This document shows, piece by piece, positions 1 to 8,292 of a stretch of 26,233 nucleotides of DNA. The position numbers and the translations under genes were made by a program. Source of the DNA: a virus (Duplodnaviria > Caudoviricetes); IMG/VR virus record IMGVR_UViG_3300032270_001987, positions 1 to 26,233 of that record. One strand, written 5' to 3'. Every line of letters begins with the position of its first letter. Within the stretch, counting starts at the first letter, position 1. The notes beneath the pieces are model-generated. The model saw only the letters and a list, made by a program, of their open reading frames with translations, was not told the origin of the DNA and searched no databases.

Positions 1-951
1 GAGACACTAGAAGAAATACGAAACTTAAAATTCACCGACCTTGGTGGTGGGGTTGTTGTTTTTCATAACGTGATGGATGTTGACCTTCCATTAATGTCTA
101 AGTGGATAGACGATAACGCACTGGCCGCACACCAGCAGCGATGGAAATACGACATTGACATAAATGGTGTCGTGTATGCAAAAAACGAAGACGGAAACAA
201 GTTCTCGATAGAACAAGTTGAAACAGTTCCAGTGAGAGTACTTGAACCAGTACAAGACGGAACAGAACAAGAAATAGTAGATATCGTCAGAGGATGGGAA
301 GACTCAATCTATAAATCCTTGATTAGGTATATCGACATGTTCCCACTTGTGGTCGGGACAATCTGGTGGAGGAATAGAGGGCACATCCTCAGGTATGACA
401 CCGGGAAGCACCTTGGTCTACATAATGATAACGACACAAACTACCGAGCAACCGGCGGCGAAAGATACATCCCATACGGACAGGTTGGAGCGAGACAGAC
501 AGTTGCCGTTCTTCTGTACATAAACGATTGCGTTGGTTCAGTTGAAGAGTTGGACGGGACAAATTATAGTGGTGGAGAACTCTACTTCCCCTACCTAAAC
601 ATTAGCCACCAAGCAAAAAAGGGTGACATCATAATATTCCCAACAAACTATGTTGCTTCACATGGTGTATCCGATGTTACTGGCGGAACACGTTATGCAT
701 ACCTGGAGTTTTTCTCACAAGGTAGCCCTGATATAAATATCCGACTTGAAGTTTCAGAACCTGATGAAGTGTCAAGCTGGTGCGTTCCTCATTGGATAGA
801 CACTGTTTACGACGACTATCAAAAGTACTCGAATCATATCAAGCAAAACTATTCACACCTAAAGGAAAACGCTAACAAAACTGATTATCTAGTAAGGAAC
901 CTTGAAGGCAAGAATGGATATATAAACCCGCTCAACAGGAAGCTTGATTGA
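1..951 (+). CDS. 2OG-Fe(II) oxygenase, prolyl 4-hydroxylase-like (5' partial; clade A)
   Basis: Frame 1 is open from base 1 (ETLEEIRNLKFTDLGGGVVVFHNVMD), so the true start is upstream of the window. Motifs HND (HxD), YIND, GGELYFP, FPTNYVASHGV and distal R (GTRY). Confidence 0.9.
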   Translation, partial: ETLEEIRNLKFTDLGGGVVVFHNVMDVDLPLMSKWIDDNALAAHQQRWKYDIDINGVVYAKNEDGNKFSIEQVETVPVRVLEPVQDGTEQEIVDIVRGWEDSIYKSLIRYIDMFPLVVGTIWWRNRGHILRYDTGKHLGLHNDNDTNYRATGGERYIPYGQVGARQTVAVLLYINDCVGSVEELDGTNYSGGELYFPYLNISHQAKKGDIIIFPTNYVASHGVSDVTGGTRYAYLEFFSQGSPDINIRLEVSEPDEVSSWCVPHWIDTVYDDYQKYSNHIKQNYSHLKENANKTDYLVRNLEGKNGYINPLNRKLD

Positions 952-1496
952 TTATGAAAAATGTTGGGATAGTTTCGATGGGGAATATGGGAACAACTAT
1001 TGCCAAGAGCGTAACAAATTCTGGAAACATAGTTCACTGGACATCTGAGTCTCGTTCGCAAAATACAGTTGATAATGCACGAAAAATAAGTGGAGCGATT
1101 GAACATCCAACACTTTCTAGTCTTTTTGATTCATCTGACATAGTTTTCTGTATTGGCAGACTTGGAGCAGGACTAGAAACGATGCGCTCCGCGGTAGAAC
1201 ATGGGTTCAATGGAATTTATATTGATGGCAATAATCTTTACGGAGAAGAATCAGAATTAGAAATAAACAAAATAGCCAATTCTGGAAATATTGATTACGT
1301 AGAAGCGCTTTTTAGGGGTTTCCCTCTTGGGTATGACCAAGGGGGAGGAGAGGACAAGCGCGACCTATATGTATCCGGACAATTACAATCTACAGATATT
1401 GTCGCATCTCTATTTTCTGATGGTGTATGGAAGGTTCATGTTGTTCCAGAATCAGCAAAAGCACTAAACAGGACTATGTTTAAAAGACTTTTCTAG
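948..1496 (+). CDS. NAD(P)-binding Rossmann-domain protein (6PGD/beta-hydroxyacid dehydrogenase-like N-terminal domain only)
   Basis: N-terminal VGIVSMGNMGTTIA nucleotide-binding motif, SDIVFC, IYIDGN, YVEA. Likely ATG start at 954. Only 182 aa. Confidence 0.7.
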   Translation: MIMKNVGIVSMGNMGTTIAKSVTNSGNIVHWTSESRSQNTVDNARKISGAIEHPTLSSLFDSSDIVFCIGRLGAGLETMRSAVEHGFNGIYIDGNNLYGEESELEINKIANSGNIDYVEALFRGFPLGYDQGGGEDKRDLYVSGQLQSTDIVASLFSDGVWKVHVVPESAKALNRTMFKRLF

Positions 1497-2221
1497 TCAA
1501 TATCCCCAACTAGTATAGTTTTCTGAAAACTATTTCCAGAATTTGCTTTCCTTCTCAGCTCTTGTGTCCATTCGTATGAGCCTTCTTTTTCTTCCTGGCC
1601 ATTCCCGTGGAAAAACCAACTTAGGAAAGCCCACCTTTCTCCATCTTTTACCTCAGAAACTTCGTGACACCCTATGAAGTTCGACGGGTAGATAATTGCC
1701 GAGCCAACTTCTGGCTTAACATTTATTCCCCATATTCTAAACAGAACATCTCCACCAGAATAGGAATCATTTAAAAATATTGAAGTTGTAAGCGTATTGA
1801 ATGCCGGGCTCGTAGTCATTGGCTCAAGGGTCCCAGACTTATAGGGTATGTTGCAATCAGAGTGCGGACCCATGTCGTTCCCGTCTCCATACCTAATCAT
1901 GTAGCCATCAGTCTGTCCAGTTATGCACTCCAGCGCAACCGGGAACACCTTGCAGTACTCAACTGCCGCTAAATAAATTGACTCTCTAAGCTTCTTTGTT
2001 ATAGCAAATTCACTTATATTTGTGTATCTGGTCGGAGATTTTCTTCTACTAATTTCATCGAACTCATAACCACCATCACTTATTGTTTTCCCATCAACAA
2101 TAGAATAACCCTGTGGGGTGGTCGAATTAAATATCCTATTTATCTCGTCTGTATCATCTTGTGAAATTTGTACTAAATTTCTCACTAAGACTATGCCGCT
2201 ACCAAGATGAGTTAATTTCAT
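1493..2221 (-). CDS. 2OG-Fe(II) oxygenase, prolyl 4-hydroxylase-like (clade A)
   Basis: HLGSGIVLV N-terminus, HSD, FLNDSYSGGDVLF, YPSNFIGCHEV, GERWAFL. Confidence 0.9.
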   Translation of the reverse strand: MKLTHLGSGIVLVRNLVQISQDDTDEINRIFNSTTPQGYSIVDGKTISDGGYEFDEISRRKSPTRYTNISEFAITKKLRESIYLAAVEYCKVFPVALECITGQTDGYMIRYGDGNDMGPHSDCNIPYKSGTLEPMTTSPAFNTLTTSIFLNDSYSGGDVLFRIWGINVKPEVGSAIIYPSNFIGCHEVSEVKDGERWAFLSWFFHGNGQEEKEGSYEWTQELRRKANSGNSFQKTILVGDID

Positions 2222-3108
2222 AAGCTTTCACCAAGCGCAAGTCTATATGTTCTTGATGACTTATCTTCACCAACTGAGTCTAGGTATTCTATGAATTTTT
2301 CTCTTAGATATGGGATATAAACGTTAGAGGATACTGCTGCTTTTTCTGGGTTTATCTCTGGGTCTTCAACTTCTTCATTGACACTTGGATTTGGTGTTCC
2401 GTGTGCGTACCAACCAAGATAGGTGAATCTGTCCCCAGACTCAACTGGAGTTACTTCGTGTGCTGCAACATAGTTTGATGGAAACATTAAAATATCCCCA
2501 CGATTTGGGATGTACTCAATGTCAAGATATGTGAATTTATGATGGCCACCAGTAAAGTCGCCTGGACCTGAAGGGATTTCTCCATCAACACAGCTACCAA
2601 AGTAAACCAAACAAGAAACAGTATTCCTGGAAGCCAACTGATGTGGTGGATGTGGTATCCCATAAACATAGTCAACACTAGTATCGCTATGCTCTCCTAT
2701 GTACCCACCACAATCTGATGAGTAGTTGACCAAATGGCCTTTGACCTTCCACCAAATATTCTTATAAGACAAAGGGAACATGTGCATATATTTAAGCAAA
2801 TATTTGTCTTTTGAACTTTCTAAAAAGGTAAAAAGCTCGACTACTTCAGCCCTAGTATCCTGATGGACCCTAGAGCCCCTTTTTGGCATCTTGTCGATTC
2901 CATTTTTAGAAAAGAAATACCCGCTTCTGTTTATATATTCTTCCTGGCCGCTATCTGGGTTTATTGCTGGGGAGTACATTTCACTGACTTCTCTGTCAAC
3001 TATCTCTTTTGATATGTTGTTAGCAAAATTCCAGTCAATTGAAACTGCGCTCCTAAAAACCACCACACCGCCACCAAGGTGTTCGGCTTTGACGTTATTA
3101 AAAATCAT
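2218..3108 (-). CDS. 2OG-Fe(II) oxygenase, prolyl 4-hydroxylase-like (clade A)
   Basis: HLGGGVVVF, MFPLSYKNIWW, HSD, FPSNYVAAHEV, GDRFTYL. ATGA overlap with the next gene. Confidence 0.9.
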   Translation of the reverse strand: MIFNNVKAEHLGGGVVVFRSAVSIDWNFANNISKEIVDREVSEMYSPAINPDSGQEEYINRSGYFFSKNGIDKMPKRGSRVHQDTRAEVVELFTFLESSKDKYLLKYMHMFPLSYKNIWWKVKGHLVNYSSDCGGYIGEHSDTSVDYVYGIPHPPHQLASRNTVSCLVYFGSCVDGEIPSGPGDFTGGHHKFTYLDIEYIPNRGDILMFPSNYVAAHEVTPVESGDRFTYLGWYAHGTPNPSVNEEVEDPEINPEKAAVSSNVYIPYLREKFIEYLDSVGEDKSSRTYRLALGESL

Positions 3109-3965
3109 TTGTGGTCGTTCTTCCGTGATTTGAATGGCATAACCTCGGTTGGTATTTTTCCTTCATCACCATACTTATTCATTAAGTAGTCATCGTAGTC
3201 GGATATTACATTCTTCATCCACCACTGACCACCGATTGGCCTGTCCGTATATGCGTCCGGGTCCATTGGAGATATTCCTCTATCGTCTTGACCTGAACCC
3301 TGAGAGAATAGGGCGAGATATGTGTACCTGCAACCAGAGGTGACTTCGAGTATTTCATGTGCTCCAAGGTAGTTGGATGGCATAAATACTATGTTCCCGC
3401 TTTTTGGTTTTACTGTTGCTCCGGCATGGGGAACCACCATCTCCCCACCAGAGAAAGAGTTATCATCACATTCTGGTCCATCGCAGCTATCGTTTATGTA
3501 AACCAAAACCGTCAAGACGGCTCTTGTTGCATTCTCTACTGGTGGGAACTGCCCGTACCTATAATTGACATCGTTGTCGCAATGCAGACCAAGCTTTGAG
3601 CCAGTTGGGTATTTTAGGGCATGACCCTCGGTCCTCCACCAAAGACACTGAAGGACCCATGGGAACAATTCAATATATTGCAAAAGACAACTATATATAG
3701 TTTTTTCACATTCCCAAAAAAAATCATGATTTAGATTTTGGATTCTTATCGGTGTCTTCGATATTGATTCAAGCTCGTATATAAAACCACTTCTATTCTT
3801 GGCGTAAATAATCTCACCACTATCATTTTTTACATATTCATACTGCTCACTTAGTGACTTTTCAGATAGCTCGTCTAATAGTCTTATGATTTCTTCTTGT
3901 GGAACATTTATTGCATTCTCAAAAACGACCACCCCGCCCCCAAGATTCTTTATATCTGCAGTCAT
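3105..3965 (-). CDS. 2OG-Fe(II) oxygenase, prolyl 4-hydroxylase-like (clade A)
   Basis: NLGGGVVVF, LFPWVLQCLWW, HCD, YIND, GGEM, PSNYLGAHEI, GCRYTYL. Confidence 0.9.
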   Translation of the reverse strand: MTADIKNLGGGVVVFENAINVPQEEIIRLLDELSEKSLSEQYEYVKNDSGEIIYAKNRSGFIYELESISKTPIRIQNLNHDFFWECEKTIYSCLLQYIELFPWVLQCLWWRTEGHALKYPTGSKLGLHCDNDVNYRYGQFPPVENATRAVLTVLVYINDSCDGPECDDNSFSGGEMVVPHAGATVKPKSGNIVFMPSNYLGAHEILEVTSGCRYTYLALFSQGSGQDDRGISPMDPDAYTDRPIGGQWWMKNVISDYDDYLMNKYGDEGKIPTEVMPFKSRKNDHK

Positions 3966-3974
3966 ATATTAATA

Positions 3975-4580
3975 CTAGTTGTAAGCGGACCAGTCTGGGA
4001 TAGGTGTCAAATCAGGGTTTTCAGGGTGGAAATTTGCACTTATAACTAGTCTTGGCTCGTCGGAACTATGCCTATCACTGTAATGCTGTATGAATGAGTT
4101 GAAAATCAAAAACATTCCTGGCTCTGGTGTTATCGGTATTAAGCGCTCAATTGTATTGCATATACTTACATTGAATATCAATCTTGCACTTCCCTCGGGG
4201 GCATTTACGTAGTAAGAAACTGAATAGTATTCCTCTGGGCGCATATGGGTATTTGATTTATGCGTATGAACTGTTATGGATTGACCACGATTAAGCGTTA
4301 GGGACCATATCTCGGCAAGCACCATTGGCTTTCCTGCTGCAATACTAACTTTTTCAGTCATCAATTTCTTAAGTTTTTCACACTCATAGGCATCTAATGG
4401 GAGTCGTTCATCTTCAAAATATGTGACTGTTGTTTTAGATAGAAAACCATCTTTGTAGGAAGGCTCGACCTGTCTTTTCCCTGTATCTAATTCTTCCATA
4501 ATTTTTGAATTATCAACATCTATTTTTGTCATGTATATGTTGAAATCAGATATCGGTATTGAGATGATATCGTCATTCAT
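3975..4580 (-). CDS. Putative 2OG-Fe(II) oxygenase (PF13759/TIGR02466-like, HxH type)
   Basis: IWS..L..GQSITVHTH, SVSYYV, PEPGMFLIFNSFIQH, RLVISANF. ATG at 4580 preferred over TTG at 4586. Confidence 0.8.
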   Translation of the reverse strand: MNDDIISIPISDFNIYMTKIDVDNSKIMEELDTGKRQVEPSYKDGFLSKTTVTYFEDERLPLDAYECEKLKKLMTEKVSIAAGKPMVLAEIWSLTLNRGQSITVHTHKSNTHMRPEEYYSVSYYVNAPEGSARLIFNVSICNTIERLIPITPEPGMFLIFNSFIQHYSDRHSSDEPRLVISANFHPENPDLTPIPDWSAYN

Positions 4581-5244
4581 ATACAAAATTTTTCATATCT
4601 ACAGGTGGGTTTGATTTAAGCCAAACATTAATAACCATGACATTTCTTATGCCAGATATACATGGACTTGTTTGATGAATTACTCTTCCGGCATCAAATA
4701 TTATCAATCTATTTTCTTTGAAAGCAATTCTTTCGCGTAGCTCAATTGGGTCTAGTTTTGTCTTCAAATTTTCCCATTCAAGAGCATTGGCTTCACCAAA
4801 TACAAGCTTTGATTCAAAAAGCTCCAGAAATCCACCAACAACCTTCTCTTCGGATGGTCCATAGTAAACACAACCAGTTTCCGGACCATTGTAAATTTTT
4901 GTATCTTGGTATAAAAATGTATCTTCATCAACGTGCGGCCCAAGAAATTGTCCTGGCCCAAACGTGCGCGTCCAGTACTCAAATCCAAGAATATCTTCTT
5001 TCTTGATTGGGAGATTACTCTCCCAAATATTCCTAATTACTTTTTTTCTGAGAGTGTCCGCTGGAGACGTCCACCATCCATCCCAAAACATATACGGTGC
5101 GTAGCAACTTGCCTGTTCGTTATGGTAAGAATTGACCTCACTTGCTATTCGGCTATCGGTTTGCATTATCCCCGGGAAGAACGTTTTATCTTCAAAAACA
5201 TTAGAAAGCATTTCTGATGAAAGAAAATTATCTTTAACTATCAT
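4573..5244 (-). CDS. 2OG-Fe(II) oxygenase, prolyl 4-hydroxylase-like
   Basis: IVKDNFLS start, FEYW, HVD, GGFLEL, NRLIIFD..VIH, RNVMVINVW. Confidence 0.85.
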   Translation of the reverse strand: MIVKDNFLSSEMLSNVFEDKTFFPGIMQTDSRIASEVNSYHNEQASCYAPYMFWDGWWTSPADTLRKKVIRNIWESNLPIKKEDILGFEYWTRTFGPGQFLGPHVDEDTFLYQDTKIYNGPETGCVYYGPSEEKVVGGFLELFESKLVFGEANALEWENLKTKLDPIELRERIAFKENRLIIFDAGRVIHQTSPCISGIRNVMVINVWLKSNPPVDMKNFVYE

Positions 5245-5426
5245 TTTATTCCCCGAGCTTCTCTGTATGCAGCGAGTGCCTCTTGCTTACACCTAAATAT
5301 GTCCCTAACCACATCATGGTCCTGCAGCGGTGCGCATTTTTGCCCTGGCTTTGAAATATATGCTTCGTCTATTTCATTTCTGGAAAAAGCAGCATACAAC
5401 ATATCTGCCAACTCACGGTCGTTCAT
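5241..5426 (-). CDS. Small hypothetical protein
   Basis: Fills the gap between coupled genes. The ATG at 5426 lies 1 nt after the upstream TAA (alternative GTG at 5438). Its stop overlaps the next ATG (ATGA). Confidence 0.65.
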   Translation of the reverse strand: MNDRELADMLYAAFSRNEIDEAYISKPGQKCAPLQDHDVVRDIFRCKQEALAAYREARGIK

Positions 5427-5427
5427 A

Positions 5428-6285
5428 TTACTTGGCACTACCCAACATCGGTTGTATAAATTTTGACATCTTTTTCAGTCTTGAAACAGGAACACTGGGG
5501 TAAAGATGGTGGGTCAAATGATGAGGTATTGGGAATAGAGTAAATGGACTAAGTCGGCTCCCTTGTATTTTGGTCGTTTTATATTTATCGACAGCGTGTT
5601 CTTCTCTATCAAAAATAGACAAATGCGGCAACCAAGTTACCATTGGATAAATAATAAACATTGCCAGCATTGAGGACATGTAGCAAAACAACAACACAGA
5701 ATCAAACCCAAATATAACTAGCGAAATAAGTGTCAGGTAAAAATTTGTTATATATACTCGACATTGGCCAATATCCTTTTGATATAGATAAATAAATACT
5801 TTTGTTCTGCCGCCTAAATTCTTAATAAGTTTCATTCTTATTTTTCTTGGGAGTACAACGAATATTCGCAATAAAACCAAAAATGTTGGCATGGTAACGA
5901 TATAGGAGCGCTTACCCTGTTCTCCAAATATGGAATCTGGGTCGCGCTTAGAATTCGCATGAATATGGTGCTGTTGATGTGTTTTTCTAAATGATGCAAA
6001 ACCCATATTTAAAACAAAAGAAAAAACCTGTCCAATTAAGTCATTTATTTTTCTATTTGATGGGACTACGGCATTGTGTACTGCTTCGTGAACAGTGGAA
6101 AAAATATAGTATGAAACTATAGCGCTAATAGGCAAAGCTATCAGAAGACCATATAAATCGTTCTGGTACGCAGCAATATTTAGAATGTACAAACAAATGC
6201 TGGCAAACGAATAAATCAATATTGAAACTGATTGGGTTGATGATATTTGTTTGGCGTATTCCGCCGCTTCACTTTCGGGAATCAT
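5428..6285 (-). CDS. Membrane di-iron fatty acid desaturase/hydroxylase family protein (CrtR-like His boxes)
   Basis: Three His boxes (HEAVH, HQQHH followed by DPD, HHLTHHLYPSVP) plus WLPH, and several hydrophobic segments. Confidence 0.85.
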   Translation of the reverse strand: MIPESEAAEYAKQISSTQSVSILIYSFASICLYILNIAAYQNDLYGLLIALPISAIVSYYIFSTVHEAVHNAVVPSNRKINDLIGQVFSFVLNMGFASFRKTHQQHHIHANSKRDPDSIFGEQGKRSYIVTMPTFLVLLRIFVVLPRKIRMKLIKNLGGRTKVFIYLYQKDIGQCRVYITNFYLTLISLVIFGFDSVLLFCYMSSMLAMFIIYPMVTWLPHLSIFDREEHAVDKYKTTKIQGSRLSPFTLFPIPHHLTHHLYPSVPVSRLKKMSKFIQPMLGSAK

Positions 6286-6992
6286 AAATACTCATTATCG
6301 ACTACTGTCTTTAAGTAGTCGATTGGTATGTCAAACATTAATATCCATCTATCTTCTTTGCCCTTGTGAATAACAGAATGGCAGAAATCTCCACCGTCCC
6401 TAAACGCCACTACCCCGCCCGGTTCCCAGGTTCTCGACTCATAACCAACATCATCATTGCCAACCATGATTGAACAATCCGGGTCGCATTTAAGGCCAAT
6501 ATGAATTCTCATGATTGATGGGTCTCCGCGGTGCGGATTTATCGTTGTTCCCGGCGATAGGACGCTCAGTACTGCGTTGTTTAATTCTCCACGTTTTGAG
6601 TAATCTGCAAATAAGGACGATGTGAAAGGAAGTGTTTCTTGAAGTTTCTTCAGTCCCTCTTCATATGGCATCTTTGTCTTCATCTTCACCACCCTGCGAC
6701 CCAGTTCTTCTCCAAGACCGAGAAATTCTGCAGATTCGGGAGCCACCCCAGCCGGCATTATTCTCCATTTTTCACCACTGTAAAGCTTTATGTCATCAGG
6801 GTTATTTGGTGATTTGAGGTCATCTCTTGATATCGTCACACGCGGCACGCTCCATAACCAAAGAGCTTTTGTGTCCTCTATCTGTTTTTCGAATTCGGCA
6901 AGTATCTCCTGCCAGTTGCTTACCGCAGTAACGATAGATGGAACATCCTTGATGATGTTTTCCCAGAATTTTGGTTGTGAATCCTGAATCAA
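6282..6992 (-). CDS. Aspartyl/asparaginyl beta-hydroxylase family (AspH/LpxO-like) 2OG-Fe(II) oxygenase
   Basis: LSVLSPGTTINPHRG, MRIHIGL, RTWEPG..AFRD...HSV.H, RWILMFD. TTG start with GGGGT upstream. Confidence 0.85.
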   Translation of the reverse strand: MIQDSQPKFWENIIKDVPSIVTAVSNWQEILAEFEKQIEDTKALWLWSVPRVTISRDDLKSPNNPDDIKLYSGEKWRIMPAGVAPESAEFLGLGEELGRRVVKMKTKMPYEEGLKKLQETLPFTSSLFADYSKRGELNNAVLSVLSPGTTINPHRGDPSIMRIHIGLKCDPDCSIMVGNDDVGYESRTWEPGGVVAFRDGGDFCHSVIHKGKEDRWILMFDIPIDYLKTVVDNEYL

Positions 6993-7089
6993 AACATTAC
7001 CCCAAAAATACGGTGAATTAACACTTCCGCGAACCTAACCCATACAGTAAATATAGGCGCAAAAATTAAGCATAATATGACTTCTTTTT

Positions 7090-7119
7090 TTGACAAGTCA
7101 TTAAACATGTTGAAATAAT
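7090..7119 (+). promoter_or_regulatory. Candidate sigma70-type promoter upstream of cfa
   Basis: TTGACA at 7090-7095, 18-nt spacer, TG-n-AATAAT at 7111-7119. The -35 box lies within a 7-bp inverted repeat, ATGACTT (7077-7083)/AAGTCAT (7095-7101). Confidence 0.4.
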
Positions 7120-7147
7120 ACCATTCCATACGCAAGCGAGAGGAACG

Positions 7148-7156
7148 TGTTAGCAT
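7148..7156 (+). promoter_or_regulatory. Extended -10 box for a probable leaderless cfa transcript
   Basis: TG-t-TAGCAT ends 6 nt before ATG 7163. No Shine-Dalgarno at normal spacing. Confidence 0.5.
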
Positions 7157-7162
7157 CTATAC

Positions 7163-8287
7163 ATGTCGAAGAAATCACACAAAATCTTTACAAAGCTTTT
7201 TGAGCAAGCCGGAATACCAATTAATGGTCCTGAACCGTATTCAATACAAATTCATGATGAGCGTATATGGGACAGACTCTTGGACCAACGACTATTGGGC
7301 CTCGCGGAAGGTTACGTGGACGGTTGGTGGTCGTGCGAAAAGGTTGACCAAATGCTTACGCGTTTCACAAATATTGATTTGGCTAAGCAGATACCAATGA
7401 GCCCGAGTATTGCTATTGCCGCTTCGTGGTCGCGGATTGCAAATCGACAAAATAGAAGCCGTTCTCCCAAAAATGCTGAATTCCATTACGGTATCGGAAA
7501 TGACCTATTTGAATTAATGCTTGATGAATACATGATGTACTCATGTGGATATTGGCAAAAAGCAACAAACCTCGAAGATGCTCAAATTGCAAAAATGGAT
7601 TTAATTTGCAAAAAACTAAAGCTCAAACCAGGGATGAGAGTCCTTGATATTGGTTGTGGTTGGGGAGGATTTCTTGAATATGCAGCAAAAACATACGGCA
7701 TAACTGGAGTTGGAATCACGCCTGTAGATAAGCAAATTGAAACAGCTGTAGAACGTTGTTCTCCGTTTGATATAGAAATTCACAAAATGACATACCAGGA
7801 CCTAGATGGGCAGTTTGGAAAGTTTGACAGAATAGTATCAATAGGGATGATGGAGCATGTTGGGCCAAAAAATCTAAAGCTATTTTTTGACAAGTGCGAT
7901 GAACAGCTTATTCACGACGGAATAATGGTTCACCACTTAATTGGTTCGACCAGAGCCCGTCATGATGCAGACCCATTTTATGACCGATACATATTCCCAG
8001 GTGGCATATTACCATCAGTCTCGCAGTTTACTTCGTCTGCAGAACCAAACTGGGTGATTGAGGATGTCCACAACTTTGGAATGGATTACGCAAAAACACT
8101 TGCTCAATGGTACGAGAATGTAACTTCAAACTGGGAAAATCTTCCAAATTACGATGAGCGTTTCAGAAAGATGTGGGAGTTCTATCTTCTTTCCTGCATA
8201 GGTGGCTTTATGTCCAGAAAGTTTAATTTGTGGCAATACGTAATGCGCCGCAAAGGAATGGATTTCGAAAGATACACCTGTAGGTAG
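7163..8287 (+). CDS. cfa: Cyclopropane-fatty-acyl-phospholipid synthase
   Basis: Full-length resemblance to E. coli-type Cfa: GIPING, LGLAEGYVDGWW, HYGIGNDLF, YSCGYW, VLDIGCGWGG (SAM binding), SIGMMEHVG, YIFPGG, DYAKTL, FRKMWEFYL. Confidence 0.93.
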   Translation: MSKKSHKIFTKLFEQAGIPINGPEPYSIQIHDERIWDRLLDQRLLGLAEGYVDGWWSCEKVDQMLTRFTNIDLAKQIPMSPSIAIAASWSRIANRQNRSRSPKNAEFHYGIGNDLFELMLDEYMMYSCGYWQKATNLEDAQIAKMDLICKKLKLKPGMRVLDIGCGWGGFLEYAAKTYGITGVGITPVDKQIETAVERCSPFDIEIHKMTYQDLDGQFGKFDRIVSIGMMEHVGPKNLKLFFDKCDEQLIHDGIMVHHLIGSTRARHDADPFYDRYIFPGGILPSVSQFTSSAEPNWVIEDVHNFGMDYAKTLAQWYENVTSNWENLPNYDERFRKMWEFYLLSCIGGFMSRKFNLWQYVMRRKGMDFERYTCR

Positions 8288-8292
8288 AAACT

